This document shows positions 18,385 to 27,285 of a stretch of DNA of 36,446 nt, one piece after another (position 1 is the stretch's first letter; every line of letters starts with the position of its first letter). The DNA is from a virus. Its lineage: Duplodnaviria; Caudoviricetes. The translations under genes were made by a program, and so were the position numbers. Below the pieces are notes generated by a model, which saw only the letters and a list, made by a program, of their open reading frames with translations, was not told where the DNA came from and ran no database searches. The stretch lies in IMG/VR virus record IMGVR_UViG_3300024309_000094, positions 1 through 36,446 of that record; one strand, 5' to 3'.

Positions 18385-19191
18385 ATGACCGTCGTCACCC
18401 GCCGTCCCGTCATCAACCCCGAGAGCGCGGGCCTGCCCGTGCTTGAACTCCCGACGGCATTGGAGGTCGCTTTGCTCGAAAGCGGCAGCGTCCTGCACTG
18501 GTGGCGCGCCAGCCAGGGCCTCAGTGCCGATGGCTGGGCCTGCTGGAAGACCGGTGCCCAGCTACTGATCGAGCGCGACGCCATGCCCGCACGGCAGACG
18601 CTCGACGCCTATAATGGCAAGGAAGCACTGATCTTCTCGGCCGCGACCCAGCTTTATGGGCCGGGGCTGTTCCCGGTCGACAGTTCCTATTCGATGGTCA
18701 TCGTCGGCCGCGCCGGGCCGAACGACAACGCGTTCCTCGCCGGCGCGACGAAGGCCGGCACCACCAACAAGACGATGCTCTGGCACACCGAAGGAGCGGG
18801 CGACGGCCGCGTCGGCCTGACCCATGAATATGCGGTCAATAGCGGCCCGCAGTCGCTGATTGCCACCAACGCGGGCCGCTTCTATGCAGCCGGCCCGATG
18901 TGCATCATCGGGTCGCATGATCCCGCCAACGTCAATCGTCTGGGCCTGCGGATCGATGGCGGCACCGTGTTCAACGGGATCAGCAGCCCGGCAGGGACCG
19001 ACGTCTTCAACACTTCACCCGACCTGCATATCGGCGGCGTCAACGCGACCGGCAGCGCGATTGAAGGGGGCTTGGATGGCGGCGACATCGCCGAAATCTT
19101 CGTGCTCAACACTGCGCTCCACATCAACACTAGCCTGCGCGACACGATCGAGGCGATGATCAATGATCGTTATGACCTGTGGGACGGCTGA
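18385..19191 (+). CDS. Putative ConA/LamG-like tail protein, partner of the SGNH protein
   Basis: GAGG RBS; VLHWWRAS, YSMVIVGR, LRIDG, LHIGG and GGDIAEIFVLNTAL pattern of LamG-like domains. Confidence 0.6.
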   Translation: MTVVTRRPVINPESAGLPVLELPTALEVALLESGSVLHWWRASQGLSADGWACWKTGAQLLIERDAMPARQTLDAYNGKEALIFSAATQLYGPGLFPVDSSYSMVIVGRAGPNDNAFLAGATKAGTTNKTMLWHTEGAGDGRVGLTHEYAVNSGPQSLIATNAGRFYAAGPMCIIGSHDPANVNRLGLRIDGGTVFNGISSPAGTDVFNTSPDLHIGGVNATGSAIEGGLDGGDIAEIFVLNTALHINTSLRDTIEAMINDRYDLWDG

Positions 19192-19253
19192 TCCGCTCAG
19201 AACGTCTTGGATGGGTGGAGAGAGGACGGTCTGCTTTCAGCTGTTTAGAGGCG

Positions 19254-19694
19254 TTAGCTGCCTTCAGCCGTTATCAATTTGATGTGTGGAGGTTGGGTGC
19301 TTACTACGTCAACGCAGTGGTTCAATGTATTCAGCGACCAGTGCTGAAGCGGACCTGGATAGTCGTCATTCGCAAATGTGGTTTTCGACAAAAAATCAAG
19401 AAAGGCTGAGTTATACCGCCTTTCAAGTTGATCTTTTACAGGAGGTTGGTTTTCCTCCGCTTGCCAATAGCTTTCGCTTCGAACCACATATGCTACGTAT
19501 TCATCCCAAATAAGCTCAAATTTGCGGCTTTGTTCTGTGATCTCGATGGGGCGGCCTTGACCAAGATCGATATCGTCAAAATTTATCGGCGAAGGCGCAC
19601 CCAAAATTCCCTCCGCGACGACGATTCGGAGTCCATTTTCAAGTTCACCGATCTCAATGAGATAAAGATCTGTATGACCCTTGGGGAATTCCAC
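19254..19694 (-). CDS. Hypothetical protein (cargo gene)
   Basis: AT-richer ORF; GGAGG RBS 5 nt before GTG at 19694; globular-looking sequence; start uncertain. Confidence 0.65.
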   Translation of the reverse strand: MEFPKGHTDLYLIEIGELENGLRIVVAEGILGAPSPINFDDIDLGQGRPIEITEQSRKFELIWDEYVAYVVRSESYWQAEENQPPVKDQLERRYNSAFLDFLSKTTFANDDYPGPLQHWSLNTLNHCVDVVSTQPPHIKLITAEGS

Positions 19695-19804
19695 TCGTGC
19701 CTCCGGAGTTGATTTGCGCATGCGATAGCACATGCAATTCAGGTCTGCTTCAAGTGATTGCCGCAGGTGCATTTGAAAGCCACAAATGGTCGTCACCAGC
19801 CGAG

Positions 19805-20077
19805 TTATGCTGAGCGCACCATGTGCGTCAGGATCAGGCGGCTTTCCACCATTCCACTCCAACACCATACGCCGGATAGACTTTCGACAGCCGTAAGGTC
19901 ATCCTTTTGTGCGGCTGCCTCGCAGGCGATTAAGAGGGCATCTCCCCCCATCGGCTTCTCGCGCCGGAGAACCTCACTCCACGCAATGAGCGCTTGCTCT
20001 TCGTCGGTAGCATGAACTTGCGACAGATATGTTCCGCCATCAAATTCGCACATGATCGTGAAACGCTGAGCGGTCAT
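19805..20077 (-). CDS. Hypothetical acidic protein (cargo gene)
   Basis: 90-aa ORF with a sigma70-like promoter directly upstream. Confidence 0.65.
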   Translation of the reverse strand: MTAQRFTIMCEFDGGTYLSQVHATDEEQALIAWSEVLRREKPMGGDALLIACEAAAQKDDLTAVESLSGVWCWSGMVESRLILTHMVRSA

Positions 20078-20083
20078 GATATC

Positions 20084-20112
20084 AGGTTAGCGTCCGCTTC
20101 TAGCTAACGCAA
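20084..20112 (-). promoter_or_regulatory. Putative sigma70 promoter giving a leaderless mRNA
   Basis: TTGCGT-N17-TAACCT followed by 6 nt and then ATG. Confidence 0.55.
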
Positions 20113-20174
20113 TTGGCGCGTCTCAAGGCAAGTTCTGGTCGTCTCGTGCCGGGCGGCTTTTGAAATAGCAGGGT

Positions 20175-20207
20175 CGGCATATGGAGAGGCAGCCTCTCCA
20201 TATGCCG
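20175..20207. promoter_or_regulatory. Perfect palindrome, copy 3; putative late-activator site upstream of V
   Basis: CGGCATATGGAGAGGC-A-GCCTCTCCATATGCCG. Confidence 0.75.
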
Positions 20208-20247
20208 GCCGGCGCGCGCCTTTCTACTCCGCGTCATGGTCGCCGCC

Positions 20248-20820
20248 ATGGCGCGTTTTTCTGATCCCGAAGCTGCAGCTGGCGAAGTGCTTCGCCTGGG
20301 CACGATCGCATCGCTCGATTTGGCCAATGCCACCTGCACGGCGCAAAGCGGCGACATCGTCACCGGCGATATCCCGTGGATTGCCCAGCGCGCCGGCAAT
20401 GTCCGTGCCTGGTCGCCACCCAGCATCGGCGAACAATGCCTGATCCTCGCGCCGGAAGGCGATCTGGCGGCCGCCATGGCCATCGTCGGCCTCTATTCCG
20501 ACGCCTGCCCTGCCCCATCGGCTGATCCCAATGTTAGCCTGACCGAATATCCCGATGGCGCGATCATCGCCTATGATCACGCGGCCCATGCGCTGACCGC
20601 AACCCTGCCCGCCGGCGGAACCGTGGCGATCGACGCAACCGGCGGCGTCACGATCACCGGCGACACCGTCATCAAAGGCAATGCGACGATCGACGGCGAT
20701 CTGCATGTCACCGGCACCGTCACGGCGGACACCGATGTCCTGGGCGGCGGGATCAGCCTCAAATCGCACAAGCATGGCCAGGTGCAGGCCGGCAGCGCCG
20801 AATCCGGGGCGCCCGTTTGA
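20248..20820 (+). CDS. gpV: Baseplate spike, P2 gpV (alternative start 20236)
   Basis: LRLGTIASLD, RAGNVRAWSPPSIGEQC, YPDGAIIAYD and terminal ISLKSHKHG (HxH metal site). Confidence 0.94.
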   Translation: MARFSDPEAAAGEVLRLGTIASLDLANATCTAQSGDIVTGDIPWIAQRAGNVRAWSPPSIGEQCLILAPEGDLAAAMAIVGLYSDACPAPSADPNVSLTEYPDGAIIAYDHAAHALTATLPAGGTVAIDATGGVTITGDTVIKGNATIDGDLHVTGTVTADTDVLGGGISLKSHKHGQVQAGSAESGAPV

Positions 20821-21170
20821 TGGCGGGCATGAATCGCACCACCGGCGCCACGCTCGACGGCATCGAGCATATTGCCCAGTCGATGGCCGATATTATCGGC
20901 ACGCCCATCGGATCGCTGGTCGGCCGCCGTGAATATGGCTCGCTGGTCCCCGACCTTGTCGACCAGCCCATGACCGGCGCCAACATCCTGCGCATCTTCG
21001 CCGCGTCCGCCCTCGCCCTGTCCCGCTGGGAAGATCGCATCCGCCTGCGCCGGCTGCAGCTGGTTGCCGGCGATCGGCCTGGCGCGGCCTCCCTGTCGAT
21101 CGAGGCCGAACGCAAGGGTGACATCGCCACCGCCAGTCTCTCCCGCATCCTCCTGCCCCTCATCCGCTGA
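20820..21170 (+). CDS. gpW: Baseplate wedge protein, P2 gpW
   Basis: GMNRTTG, HIAQSMADIIGTPIGS..RREYGS and ALSRWEDRI. Confidence 0.93.
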   Translation: MAGMNRTTGATLDGIEHIAQSMADIIGTPIGSLVGRREYGSLVPDLVDQPMTGANILRIFAASALALSRWEDRIRLRRLQLVAGDRPGAASLSIEAERKGDIATASLSRILLPLIR

Positions 21171-21184
21171 AGAAAGGTCCATCC

Positions 21185-22366
21185 ATGGCCACGACTGCAT
21201 TCAAGCATGGCATCACCGTCACCGAAGTATCGACCGGCGCCCGCACCCTGACGGCGGTCAGCACCGCCATTATCGGCCTGGTTGGCACCGCGCCCGATGC
21301 CGATCCCGCCGTCTACCCGCTCAACAAGCCAATCCTGATCAGCGATATCGAAGCGGCGATCGGTGACATCGGCGCGGAAGGCACGCTGGCCCGCTCGCTG
21401 CGCGCCATCGCCGACATCACCCGGCCCATCATCGTCCTGATCCGCGTCGAGGAAGGCGAGGATGCGGCCGAAACCGCCAGCAATGTCATCGGCACCGTCA
21501 CGGCCGAAGGCATGCGCACCGGCATGCAGGCCCTGCTGTCGGCATCGGCCGACGTCGGCGTGATCCCGCGCATCCTGGGCACGCCGGGGCTGGAGACGCA
21601 AGCGGTGACCACTGCGCTCGCCGTGGTGGCCAAGAAGCTGCGCGCCTTTGCCTATGCTCGCGCGATCGGCGCGACAGTCGCGGCCGCCACCCTCTACCGC
21701 GCCAATTTCAGCCAGCGCGAACTGATGCTGCTGATGCCCGACTTTATCGCTTGGGACACCGACGCCAGCGCCAATGTGACCAGCTTCGCAGCCGCGCACG
21801 CCATGGGCCTGCGCGCCTATATCGACGAACAGACCGGGCCGCAGAAGACGCTGTCCAATGTGGCGGTCGATGGCGTGGTCGGCCTGTCGCAGCCGATACA
21901 CTGGGATATCGAGGATCAGGACACCGATGCCGGCCTGCTCAATGCCGCCCAGATCACGGCGCTGATCCGCAAGAGCAGCGGCTTCTATTTCTGGGGCAAC
22001 CGCACCTGTTCGGATGATCCCCAGTTCGTCTTCGAAAGCGGCGTGCGCGTTGCCCAGCTGCTGGCGGACACGGTCGCTAAGGGCATGGACTGGGCGATGG
22101 ACAAGCCGCTGACGCCCAGCCTGGCCAAGGACATCATCGAAACCATCAACGGCCTGGGGCGCAATCTCAAGGCCGCCGGCGTCGTGCTGGGTTTTGAGGC
22201 CTGGTATGACGAAACCGCCAATCCGGTGGACAGCCTCAAGGCCGGCAAGCTGGTGATCCGCTACAAATATACCGTCCCGCCGCCGCTGGAGGATCTCGGT
22301 TTCTATCAGGAAATCACGGACGAATATTTCGCCGACTTCGCCGCCCAGCTGACTGAGGCCGGCTGA
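21185..22366 (+). CDS. gpFI: Tail sheath protein, P2 FI
   Basis: HGITVTEV..STAIIGLVGTA, PRILGTPG, KTLSNV, FWGNRTCS and YTVPPPLEDL. Confidence 0.95.
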   Translation: MATTAFKHGITVTEVSTGARTLTAVSTAIIGLVGTAPDADPAVYPLNKPILISDIEAAIGDIGAEGTLARSLRAIADITRPIIVLIRVEEGEDAAETASNVIGTVTAEGMRTGMQALLSASADVGVIPRILGTPGLETQAVTTALAVVAKKLRAFAYARAIGATVAAATLYRANFSQRELMLLMPDFIAWDTDASANVTSFAAAHAMGLRAYIDEQTGPQKTLSNVAVDGVVGLSQPIHWDIEDQDTDAGLLNAAQITALIRKSSGFYFWGNRTCSDDPQFVFESGVRVAQLLADTVAKGMDWAMDKPLTPSLAKDIIETINGLGRNLKAAGVVLGFEAWYDETANPVDSLKAGKLVIRYKYTVPPPLEDLGFYQEITDEYFADFAAQLTEAG

Positions 22367-22413
22367 CGCCCGCGCGCGCCTTTTCTCTCCCTCTCGATCA
22401 AAGGATTATCGCC

Positions 22414-22926
22414 ATGGGCATGGCCCGCACCCTCAAGGACATGATGCTCTTCAACGAAGGCCTTGCCTATATTGGCGAGTGCAAGACCGTCACCCTGCCG
22501 CCCCTCACCCGCAAGATGGAGGAATGGCGCGGCGGCGGCATGGGCGGCGTCGCCGAAATGGACATGGGGCTGGAGGCGCTGGAGATGACCTCCACCTTCG
22601 GCGGCCCGATGCGCGACATTCTACGCCAGTTCGGCATCACCACCGTCAACGGCGTCTACCTCCGCTTCGCGGGCGCCTATCAGGATGACGATAGCGGCGC
22701 GGTCGATAGCGTCGAAGTGATCGTGCGCGGCCGTCACAAGGAAATCGAATTCGGCGACCAAGAAGTCGGCGAGGCCGGGGAATTCTCCGTCACCTCGGGC
22801 CTGGTCTATTACAAGCTGGTCTGGAACGGCCGAACCGAAATCGAAATCGACGTCCTGGCCGGCATCGAGATTGTCGATGGCGTCGATCGCCGCGCCGCCA
22901 TCCGCAACGCCATCGGCATCTTCTAA
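22414..22926 (+). CDS. gpFII: Tail tube protein, P2 FII
   Basis: LPPLTRKMEEWRGGGM, LRFAGAYQ and EIEIDVL..VDGVD. Confidence 0.95.
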   Translation: MGMARTLKDMMLFNEGLAYIGECKTVTLPPLTRKMEEWRGGGMGGVAEMDMGLEALEMTSTFGGPMRDILRQFGITTVNGVYLRFAGAYQDDDSGAVDSVEVIVRGRHKEIEFGDQEVGEAGEFSVTSGLVYYKLVWNGRTEIEIDVLAGIEIVDGVDRRAAIRNAIGIF

Positions 22927-22931
22927 TCCCC

Positions 22932-22954
22932 CGGCCCGGCCATGCGCCGGGCCG
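22932..22954 (+). other. GC-rich stem-loop between the tube and chaperone genes (pause or stabiliser; no U-tract)
   Basis: CGGCCCGGC-catgc-GCCGGGCCG. Confidence 0.5.
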
Positions 22955-22982
22955 CCCTCCCCCTCACGCATAGGCTTTCACC

Positions 22983-23294
22983 ATGAATGACAACGACACC
23001 GGCCCCATCTTCCGCACCGTCACCCTCGACACCCACATCATCAAGGGCGACACCACGATCGACACGCTGCAGCTGCGTAAGCCCCGATCGGGCGAACTGC
23101 GCGGCCTTACCCTGGTCGATCTGGGCCAGCTCAAGGTCGATGCCCTGATCAAGATCGTTCCGCGCATCGCCATCCCGACCATCACCGAAGTCGATGTCGC
23201 CAATCTCGACACCGCCGACCTGCTCGCGATCGGCACGGAAATCGGCGGTTTTTTGCTGCAGAAGTCGCATCGTGCGGATGCCCTCGCTCAGTAG
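22983..23294 (+). CDS. gpE: Tail assembly chaperone, P2 gpE
   Basis: LRKPRSGELRGLTL, IVPRIAIPTIT, LDTADL and GGFLL. Confidence 0.92.
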   Translation: MNDNDTGPIFRTVTLDTHIIKGDTTIDTLQLRKPRSGELRGLTLVDLGQLKVDALIKIVPRIAIPTITEVDVANLDTADLLAIGTEIGGFLLQKSHRADALAQ

Positions 23295-23446
23295 ATGATG
23301 CGATGGCGGATGTGGCGATCATCTTCCATTGGTCGCCCGACGTCATGGACCCGATGACGCTGCCCGAACTGATGGGCTGGCGCGAACAGGCTGCGAAACG
23401 GGCCAAGCCGCCCGAAACCGGGAAAAAGAAGAATGGCCGACCGTAA
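23249..23446 (+). CDS. gpE': gpE' extension reached by -1 frameshift at TTTTTTG (23249-23255)
   Basis: T6G slippery site as in P2; the -1 frame reads ...DDAMADVAIIFHWSPDVMDPMTLPELMGWREQAAKR...; absent from the supplied ORF track. Confidence 0.88.
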   Translation, partial: FFAAEVASCGCPRSVDDAMADVAIIFHWSPDVMDPMTLPELMGWREQAAKRAKPPETGKKKNGRP

Positions 23447-25889
23447 TCTGCGCATGCAGCTGATCCTTGAGGGGCTGGACCGCGTCACCGCGCCCCTCAA
23501 GTCCATCACCAATGCGTCATCCGGCGCCCGCCGCGACCTGGCCGAAACCCAGAAGCAGCTGAAGGCGCTCGACGCCCTGCAGAAACAGGTGGGCGGCTAC
23601 AAGGCGGCCGAAGGGCGCTTCGCATCCGATCATCAGCAGCTGCAGCAGACACAGGTCCGCGTTGCGCAGCTGCGCCACGAACTGGAGGCGACGGAGGCCC
23701 CGACCAAGAAGCTGCGCACCGAGTTTGAAAAGGCGCAGCGCCAGGCGAGCATGCTGACCGACCGGGTCGATGCAGGCGGCAAGGAATTGCAGCAGCTGCA
23801 GCGCCAGCTGGAGGCCGCCGGCATCGACGTCGCCGACCTCGCCGCCCATGAGGATCGGCTGTCGGGCCGGGTCTATGATGCGAACAAGGCCCTCAAGCAG
23901 CAGACCGCGACCGTCGAGAAGCTGAACCAGGCCAATCGCAATACGCAAAAGCTGAACGACATCAGCACCAAGGCGACCGGTGCGGGCCTGGGCATGATCG
24001 CCGCCGGCACCGCCGCCGGCCTGCCCGTTGTCGCGGCCACCAAGCAGGCGATGACGATGGAAAGCGCCATGGCCGACGTGTCCAAGGTCACCAACATGAC
24101 CCGGCCCCAGATCGAGCAGATGTCCACCGACTTCCTCGACATGAGCGAGACGATCCCTGTGCCGGCGGAGGGCCTGGCCCAGATCGCCGCAGCTGCCGGC
24201 GCCGCTGGTGTGGGCATGGACAAGATGGGCCGGCCCTTGGCGGACCAGCGCCAGCAGCTGCAGGAATTCACCGCCGACGCGGCGAAGATGGGCGTGGCGT
24301 TCGACATGACGGCCGATGTCGCCGGCGAAACCATGGCCAAATGGCGCACCGCCTTCGAACTGCCCCAGGACGGCGTCCGCGCGCTGGGCGACCGCGTCAA
24401 TGCGCTGACCAACACCTTCGGCGGCAAGGCGGCCAATGTCACCGACATCATCACCCGCATCGGCCCGCTGGGCAAGGTCGCGGGCCTCGCGGCGCCGCAG
24501 ATCGCGGCGCTCGGCTCCACGCTCGATTCAATCGGCGTGCCTAGCGAAGTCGCCGCCACCGGCATCAAGAACACGATGCTGGCCCTGACCAAGGGCGAAG
24601 CTGCGACGAAAAGCCAGCAGGGCGCGTTCAAGGCGCTGGGCCTGTCGGCCACCGACGTCGCCAAGCGGATGCAGACCGATGCCGCCGGCGCGATCGTCGA
24701 TGTCATGACCCGCATCGGCAAGCTGGACGCAGATCAGCAGTCGGGCCTGCTGACCCAGTTGTTCGGCTCGGAAAGCGTCGCCGCCATCGCGCCGATGCTG
24801 ACCAATCTCGACGGCCTCAAGAACCGCCTGGCGCTGGTCGGCGATGAAAGCCGCTATGCCGGATCGATGCAGGCGGAATTCCTCAACCGCATCGGGGTGA
24901 CGGAGGGCGCGACCGGCCTTGCCACAAACGCCCTGTCGGGCCTCAACATCACCATGGGTAAGGCGCTTCTGCCGACCGTCGTGAAGCTGGCGAAGCTGGT
25001 GCAATGGGCCGCTAGCGGCCTGCGCCACTGGGCACAGGAACATCCCGGCATCACCAAGGCGGTGATGATCTTCATGGGCGTCGGGTCGGGCCTGCTCATC
25101 ATCCTGGGCGGCCTGGCGCTGGCCTTCGCCGCCCTCACTGCCGCTGCTGCACCGCTGGGCATCGCCTTGGGGCCATTGCTGTTGATCGTCGCGGCCATCG
25201 CCGCCCTCGCCGCCCTGGTCTATGTCATCTATGATAATTGGGGCGCCATGGTGGGCTGGCTCGCCGGCCTGTGGGAATCGATCCGCAGCAACACGGTCGC
25301 CGCGATCGGCGCCCTGGTCGATGCCTTTCTGAACTTCACGCCGCTCGGGCTGATGATCCGGGCATTCCTGCCCGTCCTCTCCTATCTGCGCTCGCTCGAT
25401 TTCGCGGCGATCGGCCGCCATCTGATCGATGGCCTGGTCGCCGGCATTACGGCGGCCTTTCCCAATCTGACCGCGATAGTTTCGAAGATTGGCACAATGC
25501 TGCCGGCAGGACTGCGCAAGCTGCTGGGCATCCACTCCCCCTCGCGCGTGTTTGCCGAAATCGGAGGCCATGTGATGAGCGGTCTGGATCAGGGGCTGGC
25601 CAACAATACGTCCGCGCCGATCGGACGGATATCCGACCTGTCGGGTCAGATGACCCGTGCCCTGGCTATCGGCGCGGGTAGCGCGGCCATGGCCGTCGGT
25701 GCGCCGGCGGCAGCCCATTCCGGCGGTGCCATGGGGGCGGCGCCGATCGCGGTGACATACAGCATCAAGATCGACGTCGGCGCCGGCAGTGCATCCGCCA
25801 CCGACATCGCCGATGAAGTGCGCAAGGCGATTGAGCAGATCGAGCGCGAACGGCGCGGCCGCGGCTTCGGCGACGAAGGGGATTATTGA
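23433..25889 (+). CDS. gpT: Tail tape measure protein, P2 gpT
   Basis: 818 aa, coiled-coil N-terminus, ESAMADVSKV core, hydrophobic segments and LGIHSPSRVF motif. Confidence 0.94.
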   Translation: MADRNLRMQLILEGLDRVTAPLKSITNASSGARRDLAETQKQLKALDALQKQVGGYKAAEGRFASDHQQLQQTQVRVAQLRHELEATEAPTKKLRTEFEKAQRQASMLTDRVDAGGKELQQLQRQLEAAGIDVADLAAHEDRLSGRVYDANKALKQQTATVEKLNQANRNTQKLNDISTKATGAGLGMIAAGTAAGLPVVAATKQAMTMESAMADVSKVTNMTRPQIEQMSTDFLDMSETIPVPAEGLAQIAAAAGAAGVGMDKMGRPLADQRQQLQEFTADAAKMGVAFDMTADVAGETMAKWRTAFELPQDGVRALGDRVNALTNTFGGKAANVTDIITRIGPLGKVAGLAAPQIAALGSTLDSIGVPSEVAATGIKNTMLALTKGEAATKSQQGAFKALGLSATDVAKRMQTDAAGAIVDVMTRIGKLDADQQSGLLTQLFGSESVAAIAPMLTNLDGLKNRLALVGDESRYAGSMQAEFLNRIGVTEGATGLATNALSGLNITMGKALLPTVVKLAKLVQWAASGLRHWAQEHPGITKAVMIFMGVGSGLLIILGGLALAFAALTAAAAPLGIALGPLLLIVAAIAALAALVYVIYDNWGAMVGWLAGLWESIRSNTVAAIGALVDAFLNFTPLGLMIRAFLPVLSYLRSLDFAAIGRHLIDGLVAGITAAFPNLTAIVSKIGTMLPAGLRKLLGIHSPSRVFAEIGGHVMSGLDQGLANNTSAPIGRISDLSGQMTRALAIGAGSAAMAVGAPAAAHSGGAMGAAPIAVTYSIKIDVGAGSASATDIADEVRKAIEQIERERRGRGFGDEGDY

Positions 25890-26281
25890 TGCTGATGGCC
25901 CTGGGCATGTTCATCTTCGATCTGCCGACCCTCGCCCATGACGAACTGCAGCGCCGCGCATCCTGGCGCCACGCGCGCAGTGCCCGCGTCGGCGCCCGCG
26001 ACGCGACCCAGTTCGTCGGGCCGGGCGAGGAAACCATTAACCTGTCGGGTGCGGTCTATGCCGAAATCACCGATGGCCGCGTGTCGATCGACGATCTCCG
26101 CACCATGGCCGAATCCGGAGAGGCCTGGCCGCTGCTCGACGGTACCGGCACCGTGTTCGGCGATTTCGTGATCGAGGCGATCGATGAGCGCCATGCCTAT
26201 CTGATGATCGATGGCCGCGCCCAGCGCATCGACTTCGCGATCGACCTGCTGCGCGTGGCGGAGAAGGACGGCGCCGCATGA
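25889..26281 (+). CDS. gpU: Tail protein, P2 gpU
   Basis: MLMALGMFIF, RVGARDATQFVGPGEETINLSG and WPLLDGTG. Confidence 0.93.
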   Translation: MLMALGMFIFDLPTLAHDELQRRASWRHARSARVGARDATQFVGPGEETINLSGAVYAEITDGRVSIDDLRTMAESGEAWPLLDGTGTVFGDFVIEAIDERHAYLMIDGRAQRIDFAIDLLRVAEKDGAA

Positions 26282-27285
26282 CAGATCGCATTGCCAATAT
26301 CCCCGATTTCCGCGTAACGCTGGGCGATAACGACCTGACCGGCAAGATGCGCCCGCGCCTGGTCTCGCTCACCCTGTCGGAAAAGCGCGGGGATGAGGCC
26401 GACCAACTGGATATCGTGCTGGACGATAGCGACGGCGGCCTGGCTATCCCGCCCGAAGGGGCAACGCTGCGCCTCGCCCTGGGCTGGAAGCAGGGCCGCG
26501 ACGTGACGCCAGGCCTGATCGAAAAGGGCACGTTCAAGGTGGACGATGTCAGCCATAGCGGCCCGCCCGATCAGGTCCGCATCCGCGCGCGTGCCGCCGA
26601 CTTCACCAGCGACATTCGCAACCGCCGGGAACAGGCTTGGCAAAATACGACCTTAGGAGCGGTGTTGACGGAGGTTGCAGGGCGCAATGGCCTCACACCG
26701 CGCATAGCGGCCGATCTGGCGTCGATCACGCTCCCGACCGTCAGTCAGAGCCGGCAAAGCGATATCGCCTTCCTGCGCCGCCTGGGGCGCGAGAACGACG
26801 CCATCGCTACCATCAAGGACGACAAGCTGATCTTTGCGCGCACGGGCGCGGGCATCACCAACAGCGGCACGGCATTGCCCAGCCTGACCATCCGCCGCAG
26901 CGCCGGCGACGGCCATAGCTGGCAACGGCAGAAGCGTGACGGACAAACCGGCGTGACGGCCAGTTGGCATGATCGCAAGGCGGCGAAGCGCCAGACGGTG
27001 ACCGTGGGCGAGAAGGACGGCGCTAAGCGCCTGCGCAAGACCTTTGCGGACGAAGCGTCGGCGCGCCGTGCAGCCAGCGCTGAACAGGCGCGGCTCAAGC
27101 GCGCACCCGCCACGCTCGACATGCGCCTGGCGCTTGGCCGGACCGATATCTACGTCGATCTGCGCGTCAACGTGACCGGCATCAAGGCCGGTATCGACGG
27201 CACATGGCTGATCAGCGAGGTAACCCACAGCATCGATAATGGCGGCGGTCTCACGACTTCGATTAAGTTTGAGAGCGCGCCGTGA
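26278..27285 (+). CDS. gpD: Baseplate hub / late control protein, P2 gpD
   Basis: RLVSLTLSEKRGDEADQLDIVLDD, KGTFKVDDVSHSGPPD and QSRQSDIAFLRRL. Confidence 0.93.
   Translation: MTDRIANIPDFRVTLGDNDLTGKMRPRLVSLTLSEKRGDEADQLDIVLDDSDGGLAIPPEGATLRLALGWKQGRDVTPGLIEKGTFKVDDVSHSGPPDQVRIRARAADFTSDIRNRREQAWQNTTLGAVLTEVAGRNGLTPRIAADLASITLPTVSQSRQSDIAFLRRLGRENDAIATIKDDKLIFARTGAGITNSGTALPSLTIRRSAGDGHSWQRQKRDGQTGVTASWHDRKAAKRQTVTVGEKDGAKRLRKTFADEASARRAASAEQARLKRAPATLDMRLALGRTDIYVDLRVNVTGIKAGIDGTWLISEVTHSIDNGGGLTTSIKFESAP

Noticed and set aside
12909-19191. Tail-fibre switching by an invertase or a diversity-generating retroelement
   Set aside because: No serine invertase, reverse transcriptase, inverted fibre cassette or template/variable repeat pair seen; all modules share one orientation
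3983-20207. Palindromes as a CRISPR array, REP elements or terminators
   Set aside because: Only three copies, kilobases apart, with no spacers, cas genes or U-tracts; all sit at operon heads
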